This document shows positions 51,321 to 63,593 of a stretch of DNA of 64,000 nt, in pieces. Position numbers and translations under genes: made by a program. Below the pieces are notes generated by a model that ran no database searches, had not been told where the DNA came from, and saw nothing but the letters and a program-made list of their open reading frames with translations. Position 1 is the first letter of the stretch; each line of letters starts with the position of its first letter. Origin of the DNA: Bilabrum cf. latius (taxonomy: Eukaryota); NCBI GenBank assembly GCA_965178125.1, contig OZ237744.1, positions 992,001 to 1,056,000 of the forward strand, given 5' to 3'.

Positions 51321-53692
51321 TCATGCCATGTCTGGACCACCTTCTTCCTCCTCTTGTCCCTCGTCTGAATCGTCGTCGCCGACCATAGACACCGCTGCGC
51401 TCCGCATCGGGCTGGGCGGCTGGCTCCCATCCCCGGGCATCGAACCTCCAACGTAGCGAGGAGCCTCACTGGAGAACACCATGGAGCCTCCCTCGGAGAA
51501 CAAAACGCTGCCCCCGCGGCTTGGGTACAGCATCGAGCCCGCGTGCATGGACGTTGTGCTCGCGCTCGCCCCACTGCCACTCGCGAGGGTCTCCCGGCCC
51601 GGAGACCAGCGCTGCCTGCTGGTATTACTGGCAGCACCAGTACGATGCACGGCAGCATCGAGGGCCAGCTCACCCAGCGAGCCCTCGCCCTCCATGGGCA
51701 CACTGCCAGAGGCATGTGACCCTGCCCTATCGCCCCCCTCCCCGCCCTCCAGGGATCCGGAATCGGCGCAGAAGGCCTGGCTGCGCAGGGCCCGCCGCCC
51801 CTCCCGTCTGCTTGTGAAAACACTCCCCGCACCACTCCGTGATTCCCCCGCGGCTGTCTATCTCACAGGCTGCGGGCCTGCGCCCCAGAACGGCGGGGGC
51901 GGGGGCATGCCGGTGCCCTTGCGATTACCCTTGCTGTTGCTCGGGTCATCTCTCCCACCCACCCCATTGGAGCCTTTCCCCGGGTTGCTGCTCGCCGCCA
52001 TGCCCCCCCAAGCAGCTGCACCCGCTGCTCCCGCCGCGCCCGAGAAGCTCATCTGCCCCCCCATGCCCAGGCTGGAAGAAAAAGGAACACCCGAGGGTGG
52101 CGCCCCGCCCTCTGTCCAGCTGCTCGAGCGAGACAGCCGGTGCACAGCTGGCAGCGAGGGGGCCTCGCCGCGCGAACGCACGGACTCGCCGGCGCTGGGA
52201 CCGGCTGCGCGACCGAATCCCGCCATGGCACCCCCACAGCTTCCCTCCCGCTCGATGAGCACCTCCTCGGAGGCCATTGAGGCGACTCCCACATCGGAAG
52301 GACACAGCCCCTGCCTTCTCTTCCGGCTCCGAGTTGTGACGATCCCACCGGGGGTTGAAGCACCCATGGATGATGCAGCTGCTGCGGATGTCGCCAGCCG
52401 ATACGCCACACTGTTCCCCCCCTTCCCTTGCTGAGGAGCAGCCGCCACCACCCTCCAACCGCTCGCACCACTGGCATGAGCGTGCCCCCCGCTCGTGGTC
52501 CGTCTCACGCCGTCCTTGCTCCCCTTTGCCCCTGCCACTGCCCCCGTGCTCCTAGGAGCGACGGCCTTTGCCGCACGGATGTCCTCTCGAGTGGCCAGGC
52601 TCAGCACGTCCGGGTGCCTGGGGTTGGCAGCATGCAGCCTCGCGGCCTCGTCCACAATCTCCTTGGGCAGGGAGCACCTGCCGAACAGCTCCTTCTCGTA
52701 CTGGACCAGCTACAGGATGAATCCAGCGTTGGGACGCACGGTCGATCGCACGGATTTGAGCCTGCGCACGGCACCCGCGAGCGACATGCGGTGCTTGCCC
52801 ATGAGATAGGCGAGCACGAGGGTGGAGGACCTCGACCGGCCGGCGAAGCAGTGGACGAGCACGCGGCCCCCGCTCTTGATAGCTCCCGCGATAAAGCTGT
52901 TCGAGCGGTCGAAATGGGAGGATATCCTCTCGGATGTGCGGTCAAGCAGGGGGACGCAAATGTAGTGAAGCTTGTCTTTGAACTAGGGGACCAAGCCATC
53001 GGCGCAAGAAAGCATGTGGGTTATGCCAGCCGCGCGCAGGGCGTCGTAGCTGACTGCCGCCCCCACCGACCCTATGAATACTCCAGAAACAACTTGCATC
53101 GGCGTGCTATCAGACTCTGCGAACCGCGCTACCATTGCACCTGCATTCGGAGACAAGCAACATGGCACGCGCTACCCGTGGATGCAGTGTGGAAACCGAC
53201 CCAAACGCGGCAACCCGCAGCAACCAGACCAAGACTGAGTGACTCGAATATACCATCACGTAAAACACCGAACGATATTAGCAAAAAGCGTGGTTGTCGC
53301 CCCAAAATGGCGGTAGTGAGTGGTCGCGGAAAATCAGCTGCTATGCACCGCCGAGATTAGCAGAGGCGCTCAAGGCTTAGCTCAGCAGGTTTACCGAGCA
53401 GAATATGCACAAGAATCATCAGTAGACTACAAATAAACCGCCAAGGCTTTCAAACATGCAGCAACGGCAACGTGCGACGTCCAATTGGTCAACAAAGCTC
53501 GCTACGTGTACTAGTCTCACTCTTGAGGGCAAGGTTATATATTGCTTCGTCCTGTTGACTCTTCGATAGGGATTTGCCGACTTCTTTTTTGAGATCAAAC
53601 ACCCCAACGAACTCTTTAGGGTGCCTTCGAGGCCGCCTCTATTCACCGCTGCCACTCCGGCCCCTCGCCTGCTGGTCAGTGACCGAGTCCAT
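51321..53692 (-). CDS. Dual-specificity protein phosphatase (MKP/DsPTP1-like); probable intron 53520-53141
   Basis: GVFIGS, GITHML, VLVHCFAGRSRSSTLVLAYLM (CX5R), VRPNAGFIL(TAG)LVQYE; TAGs at 53639, 52983, 52710, 51858; exon 1 is less certain. Confidence 0.9.
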
Positions 53693-53990
53693 CGAAAATT
53701 GTGCCATTCCAGTCTTCTGTATGGCAAGACTTAAATAGTGATCATGATTGGTTCAAACGAAGATGAACCAGGCCGTCTCAAATGCGACGGTGGTTCCAGA
53801 TATAACAGATCGAAGATACTGTTGTTGCCAAGCCGCCGGCGGCGCAGAAAGCGTCATTCATTGGTGGTTCCGGTTTCATTGGTTCCGTATCATTGCGCGG
53901 CGTCTCCCACGGAATTGCGTGTTTTCAGGTTCGCACAAGATTCAAGTCCGAAATAAAAGTATTTATTCGGTACTCGTTTGCACTTCTATA

Positions 53991-54998
53991 ATGTCAGCAG
54001 ATCGGAGCGCCATTGGCGACGAAGAGCTGTACAACCGACAGATTTACGCAATCGGGCGCGATGCCCAGCTTCGACTTAGCAACTCCGCAGTTCTCGTCGT
54101 AGGATGCTCTGGTGCAGGCACTGAGTGTGCCAAGAACTTGGCGTTGATGGGATGCAAGCGAATTCACGTTGTAGACGCTACACCGGCAGCGTCTGATGAT
54201 CTCTCTGCAAATTTCTACTTGAATCCGAGTGACATTGGCAAGCCCAGGGCTTCAGTGTGCGCCCCCAAAGTATCGGAGCTCAATCCGTACGTAGAAGTAT
54301 AGGACAAGTAGTATGGAGTGGACGATTGCGTCGCGAACGTCGATTCCTATCAGGCTGTGGTACTTGCAAATCAGACTGCTCCGACGATCGGAAGAATTGG
54401 CGCAGCTTGTCGCGAAGCAAAGGTTCCAGTCATCGCGGCAGAGCAGCGAGGTACCTTTGGCCGCATCCTATGCGATTTCGGCGCGTAGGTAGAGGTTACG
54501 GATCCCGACGGGGAGGAGCCTGCGCAGCGCATGATCGCGTCCGTTGTGGTTGGCCCCAAAACGACAGTGACCGTGCACGAAGAGGCGCGGCACGGTCTCA
54601 GCAGCGGGGACCTCGTTACATTCAAGGGAATGGAAGGGCCTCTAGCAGGCCTAAACGGCTGCGCCCCGGCCCGCGTGCTCCCAAAGGACGGCTTCGTCGT
54701 GGAAGTGGAGGTTGACACGAGCGGGGAGCAGTTCCGGGGCGAGCAAGTGCCCGGGCGCGGGTTCCTCGTGCAGGTCAAGCCCAGCGCCACGGTGCGGCAC
54801 AGACCCATCGTGGACGTTCTCGAGGACCCCGGAGAGGCCATGCAGCCCACCGACTTTGGTAAGATCGAGCAGCAGGCCCTCCTCCACGGTGCCTTCGCTG
54901 CCCTGCACGAGGGGGGTGGCGTGCCTGCTGCTGGGAATGACGAGGAGGCGGAGGCTGTCGTCCGGGCGTGGAAGTAGCAGCAGGGAACAACTGAGCCC

Positions 54999-55045
<47 letters not shown>

Positions 55046-57521
55046 ATCAGCGGCGGCTGGCGCCGGCAGCGGAGACCCCTCGGCTGGAGCTGTCCCCGGC
55101 GCCGAGGAGTTTGTCCGCCGGTTCGCAAGGACGAGCAGCGGGCACCTGAGTCCGGTGGCAGCGATCGTGGGCGGTGTGGCAGCCCAGGAGGCCGTCAAGG
55201 CCATCAGTCGGAAGAACACGCCCCTCTCCCAGCTGGCGTACTTTGATTTCTCCGAGGCACTGCCCGACGAGCTGCCGCCCGCCGAGTAGCGCAAGCCCAA
55301 GGGAGATAGGTACGACGGCCAGCGGGCGGTGTTCGGCGAGGCCGTGCAGCGGAAGCTGGGCAGCACGCGGGCGTTCCTGGTGGGCGCTGGTGCGATCGGC
55401 TGCGAGGTGCTCAAGTCGTGGGCGCTCATGGGAGTGGGGTGCGGGGAGCAAGGGGGGGGGAAGGGGGGGGCAGGGAGCGCTGCAGATGCCGCATCGGGGG
55501 CCGGCGCAGGCGGCCCGGTCGAATCCACTGAGGGTGATCTCAGCTTCGCTGACGAGGGGTGCGGCCCGGGGGGCATGGTGCACGTGACGGACATGGACCA
55601 CATCGAGAAGTCCAACCTGAGCCGGCAGTTCCTCTTCCGCGCCGGTGACATTGGCAACCCCAAGAGCGTGACAGCCGCGGCCGCCGCCCGTCGCATGAAC
55701 CCCTCGATGCGGGTCAGGGCACACGAGCAGCCGATCGGGGGAACAACGGAGGACTACTTTAGGGCCCCCTTCTGGAAGGGCCTTGACGTGGTGTGCACGG
55801 CGCTGGACAACGTGCAGGCGCGGCTTTACGCGGACACGATGTGCGTGCGCCACCTCCTGCCGATGCTCGAGAGTGGCACCTCGTCCACCAAGGGGAACAC
55901 CTAGATCGTGGTGCCGCACCTCACCGAGAACTACGGGGCACAGAGGGACCCGCCCGCCACCTCCTTCCCCGTGTGCACGGTGAAGCAGTTCCCCGGCAAG
56001 ATCGAGCACACTCTGCAGTGGGCAAGGGAGTGGTTCGAGGAGCACATGTCGCAGGCGCCGAGGGACGCGCAGTCCTACATCGACCGCGGCGACTTTCTCG
56101 AAGAGCAGCGCCGCACTTCTGCTACCTACGAGCCCGTGCTGCACAAGCTGCACGAGAACCTGGGGGCGCGCAAGCCCACGATGCTCAAGCACTGCGCCGC
56201 GTGGGCCAGGCAGCAGTTCGAGCACCTCTTCTCCTCCAACGTGAGGAAGCTCCTGGCGGCATTTCCGCCGGGGCACACCACCAGCAACGGGGTGCCGTTC
56301 TGGTCGGGGCCGAGGCGGTGCCCCGCCCCCGTCGACTTTGACCAGGCTTGCCCCATGCACGTGGATTTCGTGGCGGCTGCCGCGCGGCTCCGCGCAAGTG
56401 TGTATGGGCTCAACCACGGCAAGACGTCGGACGCCGAGTTTGCCGAGTGGGCGGCTGAGGCAGAGGTGGGCCGTTGGAAGGACGGGGCAGGGGGCGGCGG
56501 CGTGCCGCAAATGGCAGCGGACGATGAGGAGCTCAAGCGGCTGGAGGAGGAGAAGAAAAGGCAGGCGGAGCAGGCAGGCGCCGACGACGAGACAGTCGCG
56601 GAGCGGAGGAAGCTCGAGTCCTCGCTGCCCGACCGCAAGATGCTGGCGGGGCTGAAGCTGAGGCCCGTGGACTTTGACAAGGACACGGACCTCCACATGA
56701 CACTGGTGGCGGCTGCTTCCAACCTACGCGCCACCAACTACTCCATCGACACGGCGGACAAGCTCCGGTCCCGGCTCATCGCCGGCCGGATCACACCTGC
56801 CATCGCAACGACCACGGCCATCGTGGTGGGCCTCATCCAGATGGAGCTATACAAGCTGGCACAGGGCAAGAGCCGCGTGGAGGATTACCGCATGGCCTTC
56901 GTGAACCTCAGCGTGCCCTTCTTCTCCGTCACGGAGCCCGCGCCCTGCGAGGGAACAGTGGTCACGCTGCCCCCCGCTGCAGAGTACCAGCCCCAGGGCT
57001 TGGCGCTGCTGCCGCCTAGTAGCGAGGGCACCGAGGCGGAGGGCGACAAGGGGGAGGAGGATGGCTCTCGGCGCTGGCGGTGGACGTTGTGGGACTCGCT
57101 CGAGGTGCAAGGGCCCATGACCCTCGAGGCCCTGCTGGCCTGGCTGCAGGAGCAGTTCGGGTCCGAGCCGGAGATGGTGAACTTCGGGCCCGCGATGCTT
57201 TACGCGTCCTTCCAGATGATGATGATGCCCAAGGAGAAGAAGGATAGGCGGATGCAGTCCACGGTGGTGCAGCTCGCCGAGGAGGTCACCAAGAAGCCCG
57301 TGCCATTCGCCAAGGGCCAGCGGTCCGCCATGGAGCTCATCGTCGGTCTCGAGGACGAGGACCTGGTGCTTCCACCCATCAAGTACATTGTGTCCCAGGA
57401 GGAAATAGTGGCGGCGCGGGCCAACAGGCAGGCGCTCGGGGTGGTGGGCGGTGAGGATGAGGATGGAGAGGGGGAGGCGGCGGCGGGTGGTACCGACGGC
57501 TAGGCGCCCATGCTCGGCTGA
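53991..57521 (+). CDS. UBA1: Ubiquitin-activating enzyme E1
   Basis: LYNRQIY, GTECAKNLALMG, GGVAAQEAVKAIS, RYDGQ, LVGAGAIGCEVLK, DMDHIEKSNLSRQFLFR, KGNT(TAG)IVVPHLTENY, catalytic FPVCTVKQFP, AGRITPAIATTTA; 7 TAGs; first TGA at 57519-57521. Confidence 0.96.
54999..55048 (+). repeat. (TCATCG)n poly-Ser insertion in UBA1
   Basis: Direct reading of the sequence. Confidence 0.85.
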
Positions 57522-57680
57522 TACAAGGCGTGTAAAAGCACGTTTGGCTGCAGGGCTTTGGATGATGCTGTGCGGCTCAAGGACGCGACAGCAACGAACA
57601 CACCCGGTGGGCCATATTTGCACTGATCACACGTCGCGATGAAGACCGTGTTCCCAATCAGTTGACCGCATTCCTTTGCC

Positions 57681-59416
57681 ATGCGGGTACATCGATTCAA
57701 GAGCGCCCGGAAAAATCTCACCTTTTTACGAATTACCTTTGGCGTCGTACCGCCGTACAACGTGAGTTGTAGCTTGTTTGGTGCTGTTTGAGGCCAGACT
57801 GCAGGACTGCAACTGCAGCAGAAAATCTATTTTTTCGCATCAAGATTGCGTCGCAGATAATTCTCGACGGTAATTTTGTCTTTAATGCTGCAAAGTGCAA
57901 CGTTGATGTACAGAGGCAGCTCGCAAAGCTTCTGTACACGCAACGCCTTACGCTGTTCATGACTAAAGCTGCGCTGGACGAGCTTCGAACCGTAGCAGAG
58001 AGCGTTTCGGCCGCGAAGGATGCAGTTGCATTTGCGTTGCGGTCTTGTCTCATTATCGACGTGCGCCAGATGAAGGTAGACCAGCATGAATAGAAAAAAG
58101 CAGATCCTCACGCCCCGCGTCGAAAGCACCGCAAGCGGCGGCGTCTAGAGAGGCAGAGGGCCGAGGAGGGCGGCTCTGAGGCCGATGGATCCGAGCAGAG
58201 CGAAAACGATAGCGACTCGGACGATGGCGACAGCGAAGAGGTCGCAGCAGCGAGGGAGCGGTACTGGTCGATGGTGGACTCAGACCCGTTCGGCGCGATC
58301 ATGGGCTGCATCGGGCCGGTGCCCATCGCCAAAGGGCTGGTAGTGCCACACAGGAAGGAACTAGAGCTCGACGAGGACGATTCAAAGGGTCACAAGCGCA
58401 GTGGTAGGCACGGCTCGGGCCGCTCGGACCCTGGAGAGGTGGAGGGCTTCCAGGGCAGGTCCGCCGGCCCTGTTCCCTCGCGGTGCAGGTGGGCCAGGGA
58501 GATGCCGCGGCGGCCCTTCGTGGCCACCCAGGACTCCAAGCTGAGGAAGAGGGTGAGGCGGTTGCCGGGCGTCCCGCTCCTGCTCATGAACAGGAACGTG
58601 ATGGTGTTAGAGCCCGCCTCGGCGGCCTCGAACGCGGCTGCCCGGGACCAGGTGGCGATCAACCAGGGAGTTGGGGCGGTCGGGGGCAGGGACGGGGGTC
58701 GGAGCGGGGGGCCTGCCACGGGCGGTGCGGGGAGGGTCGAGGGGAGGGGTGGTGCGGGTGCTGGTGCGGGTGCGGGTGCTGGCAGCTCGGCAGGGCCGGG
58801 GCGAGGGGTGCTGGACGAGGAGGACGCCCGGCTCGTGGCTGCCATCGTGTCGTCTAGCGCGCTGCAGCTGCCGTCAGCTGTCCAGATGAAAGGATCAGAT
58901 GTCGAGGGAGAGAGCGAGGATGATGACGAGGGAGGGAGAGAGGGAGGGGGAGAGGGTCCGGGCAGCAGCAGCACCAGTGGGGCCTCCTCCATGGCCGCGA
59001 GTTCCAGCTCCAGCTCCAGCTCCAGCTCCAGCTCCAGCTCCAGCTCCAGCTCCAGCTCGGGTGCAGGGTCGGGTGCGCTGGCCCGAGGCGACGTGTTCGG
59101 TCTACTGAAGGCAGAAGGGGCGACGGCGACCCGCGATGCCTCCGTGGCCTCCAAGGGCTGGTCTGCAGGGATTTAGGCAGCACAGGCGCAGCAGGACGAG
59201 GTGGTGTACCGCAGACGGAAGGCAAAGGGTCCAAACCCCTTGAGCATGAAGAAGAAGCAGCGGAAACCGGCCGCTCCTGGGAAGCGCGAAGCGCGCCCCG
59301 CTCCTGAAGCAGGTGGCGCAGGTGATGACGCAGCCATTGCCGGCAAGAAGCGAAAGCGAAACAGACGAAAGACGAAGTCAAGCTCCAATAGGCAAACGGA
59401 GGAGCTTGGCTCTTGA
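57681..59416 (+). CDS. UTP23: rRNA-processing PIN-domain protein Utp23; intron 57762-57856
   Basis: FGVVPPYN|IILDGNF, FVATQDSKLRKRVRRLPGVPLL, MVLEP.S, RRKAKGPNPLSMKKK; TAGs at 58091 and 59174; ends TGA. Confidence 0.92.
59003..59057 (+). repeat. (TCCAGC)n poly-Ser tract in UTP23
   Basis: Direct reading of the sequence. Confidence 0.85.
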
Positions 59417-59595
59417 GCCTGATCTGGTCATACCGCCGGTTTGGAGCACAAAGCGGATTTGGTCACGCTTCCCAAAGATGGCAAAACCAGGCTGTGAGAA
59501 GGCTAGATTGAGTACAAAACAAAGATCAATTTCGAATCAACGATAGCAAAGAGGCTCTTGCGAGCAATCCCATTCGTTTGATCCCACAAAATGCT

Positions 59596-61071
59596 TTAAG
59601 TCTGTTCGTCCTCCTGGGCCTCCCCGGTTCCCGCGGCGCTAGATCCAGACGAGCGTAGCTGCTGCACCCTCTATCTATCGCGCCTGCCTCGGGCAATTGC
59701 CTAAATGCGAGTTGCGCTTTGCTCCGCTTGCTCTTTCTCCTAGCGGATCTCGGCCACACGATGCCGGTCCTGCCTACCCCGCGCAATCGCCTGGATTCGG
59801 GCAGCCGCGGCCGCCTGCTCTGCATCATCCTTCGCGCCCCCAGCTGCATCCTTCGCGTCCCCAGCTGCATCCCCCGCCGCTTCACCTGCCTTGGCCTTCA
59901 TGTCAGCAACTCGCTGCCGGTCCTGCCTACCCCGCGCAATCGCCTGGATTCGGGCAGCCGCGGCCGCCTGCTCTGCATCATCCTTCGCGCCCCCAGCTGC
60001 ATCCTTCGCGTCCCCAGCTGCATCCTTCGCGTCCTCAGCTGCATCCCCCGCCGCTTCACCTGCCTTGGCCTTCATGTCAGCAACTCGCTGCCGGTCCTGC
60101 CTACCCCGCGCAATCGCCTGGATTCGGGCAGCCGCGGCCGCCTGCTCTGCATCATCCTTCGCGCCCCCAGCTGCATCCTTCGCGTCCCCAGCTGCATCCC
60201 CCGCCGCTTCACCTGCCTTGGCCTTCATGTCAGCAACTCGCTGCCGGTCCTGCCTACCCCGCGCAATCGCCTGGATTCGGGCAGCCGCGGCCGCCTGCTC
60301 TGCATCATCCTTCGCGCCCCCAGCTGCATCCTTCGCGTCCCCAGCTGCATCCCCCGCCGCTTCACCTGCCTTGGCCTTCATGTCAGCAACTCGCTGCCTA
60401 TCACGCTTACCACGAGCGGCAGCCTAGATCTTAACGGCACTTGCTTCTGCTTTACGCTGCTCTTTGATCTCAGTTGCTTTCTGGCGGCCTTGCTTGCCGC
60501 GCGCTGCTGCCTGTATCCTGAGGGCAGCAGCCTCTTCTTCTGCTTTGCTTAAACCCGACTTGGCTTCTGCTCCTGCATTGCGGGCGCCAGCAGCAACATC
60601 CTCCTTGCGCTCTCGCGGGGCATCAGTTGCACCAGTTGCAGTAGCTTTTGCACTCTTGGTTGTATTCGATGCCTTTGACTCCGCGGAATCCACCACTTCT
60701 GCAAAATAGTAGATCTTTCATGCTACCAATGGGTATCATACTGCAAAGCGACGACCTTTTGGACTGGCGGGCACAACCCAGCCTGGCAGCAATGCTGGTG
60801 CATACATGTCTCACTCGAAGCGTGGCCGGCGGCCTGATCGATCATATCATCAGCATGGTCGCCAATCTGCGATAAAATTATATTTTGAGCGGCAATCTAG
60901 TTGCACAACAGCACAGTATAGCTGGCAAAATGCCTTCAACGCACATGTCCGTTCGTTCCACCCAAACATTTAGAGTACCTCTCGCAATCGCAACTCCACG
61001 CCAAGTAATAGCACGCAACACAAACTCACACCACCGGGTGTCACTGGAAGCTTCGACGAAACGCAACCCAT
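59596..61071 (-). CDS. Acylated (MGCVSSK) Ala/Asp/Lys-rich calmodulin-binding protein with 7 IQ motifs; exons 61071-61030, 60866-60815, 60698-59596
   Basis: IQAxARG motifs; two GTGAG...GCAG introns in phase; TAGs at 60424, 59740, 59701, 59671; ends TAA. Confidence 0.82.
59760..60397 (-). repeat. 153-bp (51-aa) tandem repeat, 4 copies, one with an extra 21 nt
   Basis: Near-identical MKAKAGEAAGDAA...ARIQAIARGRQDRQRVAD units. Confidence 0.93.
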
Positions 61072-61193
61072 CGCGGAAGCACTTTATTCTGCAAGAAAAC
61101 CGATCTCGAGCGGATCTCGGTCGCATAATCCGTATTTTCATTGATAGCGTGTAGTTGTGTGCCGAAGGGCAACTCTCACATCATTGGTGCAAA

Positions 61194-63512
61194 ATGGGAA
61201 ATACCGCGCTTGCACCAGACTTTCCTGTCGACAAAGTAGCAGAAATTACTCAAAACGTGCTTGAAATCTTTGCCCCGGTCTATGTTAAGGCTCATGGAAT
61301 AGCAACCGTGCGAAGACTGCACCGGGAGGATGAAGCGGCCAGACTCGGGGCCAGCACGCTTGAAAATCCTGATGGGTTCAAGCTGAAAGCGCCTCCAGTT
61401 GGAACGTAGCCACTTATGATGGGTTACATGGAAAAGCGTGGCGAGGGTGGAGCCGGCTGGAAGAAGCGATTCTTTGTTGCAAGAAATAAGGTTCGGCATC
61501 TTGTCCTTCGAACGCGCGCTGTCCATGGAAATAGTGCCCGAACTGTTGCTCTGTATATTGTGTACTTGGATATTTCGCAGGCTGATAACTTTTGTATCGA
61601 GTATTTCGAATCGAAGGAGATGTCGTCAAAACGTGCAAGCAGAAAGGGTTCTATCGAGCCTTGTGGATACTTGGTCCGCTCGGTCAAGGATGAAGACGAG
61701 GTTAAGGAACACGGAGAGAATGCAATATGCCTGGATCCGAAGGACGGCCGCAGGGTGTGGTACATGCGCTGCGCCACGGCCGAGGACCGCACCGTTTGGA
61801 AGGCAGTCCTCAAGTATAGCGCCAGCCACGCAGAGCCTCCCCTCGGCGACGACCCTGACGCCGCCACTGCATTTCGTGACGCGTACCGAGGGGTTCGCCG
61901 CTCGTTGGGGTTCTGGGGCTATTACCGCGTGGACAAGTGCCAGCAGGACATGCTGTCTGAGCTGTGCGTGGAGCGGTGCAAGCTCCTGGTGAGTCTTGGA
62001 CAACAGTGGTAGGTGCAACTGTCCTAGTGCCACTTCATTTCACAGGTTCCGGGGTGATAAAGAATAGTGTGGCAGCGAGGGGGGCAGATGCTTGTATTGA
62101 CGGCGGCGGCCTGCATGGCCACGTCATGGGTGCCACCTCTCGTCTGACGCCGGCCCACCAGTCGGCGCCTGGTTGCCCAGCGTAGCCTATCCTCTTTTAA
62201 CCTCACCTTTACCGGCGCCTTGCCTCGTATTCTCTTTCTTCCCTCGCAGCTCTTGACAGACGTCTTCGACACCCTGGTGGGCCAGCGCGACGAGGATCGG
62301 ATCAAGGAGGCCGCCATCGCCGAGACGAGGCGGGTGGTGGAGGCCCTCGTCAAGGTGGGCTGGAAGGCAATCAACAAGAGGGCCAACAAGAGGAGGGCCA
62401 CGCTGGGGGAGAGCATCGGGAGCACCCTGGGCACCACCATGCACGACTGGAGCAGTCGCAAGCAGGACATCCGCAAGAAGGTCGAGAGGCACGTCAGGAC
62501 AGCCGCAGTGGAGGTGAACAAGCCAATCCTGGGCAACCTTCTGAGCGCCTACCTCATGCCCGTGTACCGCGCGCACAAGGAGTCCGTGCGGATCTACTGG
62601 ACCAAGATGTCCGGCATCCTGGACCGGGGCCTCAAGGAGAGGGACCTCCGGGCCCTGTTCGAGGACACGAGGTGGGAGGACGGGTCTCTCTGCAGGGCCC
62701 TGTAGATGATCCGAGCACTCACGAGGGGAGAGGTGGGCACGCCGGAGAAGCCAGACCCAGAGCTGGCACTGTGCCTCAGGGACCTGGAGGTGGACCTCCC
62801 CGTCCTCCTCGAGATGATGCACGGGGTGTCTTTGTGGGAGACGGAGCGGGTGCTGGTGGCGAGCCTGCAGGAGAGCGTGGCTCGGGCCATATACTCCTTC
62901 GTTGACATCGTGGAGCACGCCCCCGAGAAGATGACTCCGGAGGCCTGCTTGCACGAGGCCACTCGTCGTCTGATCGACGACTGCAAGGCCCGTGCCAAGA
63001 GGGACATATAGAAGGTACTGCTCATGATCGTGGGCCCGGCGGTGAGGAGGAGGCTCGTGCAGGTGCCGGCCGTGCAGGAGGTGCTCGCCTCTTCCGCGTA
63101 CAGCGCCACCAGACCGCTTGGAAAAGTGCCTCTGGGGCCCGGGGCGGGGATGGATCATGGCTCGGCGGCCAAAGGCGCGGCGAGCGGGGGCGCATCCTCC
63201 TCCTCGTCCGGCGCAGCGTCGGGCTCAGGATCCGGGTCGGACATCGGCAGCAGTGTCCCCGCGCCCGGGGCCGAAACGCCCATGGGCCAGCTGAAGCCCG
63301 GGGGCAGCACTGCCACTGTGGAGCGCGAGCTCAAGGCGCGCATGTACGAGGTGGGCGTGGCGGTGAGCGAAGGCTTCGTGGACGCGGACTGGCTGCTGGA
63401 CGAGGTGATCGAAGAGGACGTGATGGCGGTGCTGCGGGCGGGGACGAACGAGACGATTGACTTGATGCTGAGCCGGCTGAGCAAGCTGCCGGGCAAGCTG
63501 GGCTTCCTGTGA
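61194..63512 (+). CDS. PH-domain protein, Niban/FAM129-like; probable introns 61491-61580 and 61989-62249
   Basis: MGN start, GYMEKRG...WKKRFFV...IEYFE...KGSI...W PH pattern followed by a helical region; TAGs at 61407, 62703, 63009; ends TGA. The Niban assignment is by overall resemblance. Confidence 0.7.
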
Positions 63513-63593
63513 GGGGGGGGAGTGAGGCGCGAGCTTGCTCGTATGGCTTTCCGCGCACATTCAAGGGAGTGTTGTCACTTGCAATCGCGCATA

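Noticed and set aside
10850-54488. TAG = Glu, suggested by TAG opposite GAG/E in ankyrin RS*SG (10850), ZF position -1, DENND4 K*L (42136) and UBA1 DFGA* (54486)
   Set aside because: Those are variable or Q/E-tolerant sites, whereas the near-invariant sites (DUSP, UBA1 KGNTQ, SmF, IQ motifs) all require Gln. A formal test is still needed.
5044-57623. Many long alternative-frame or antisense ORFs (e.g. 6074-7558, 11982-13439, 38707-40152, 54371-55696, 55047-56696)
   Set aside because: Expected in GC-rich coding DNA; each overlaps a better-supported gene.
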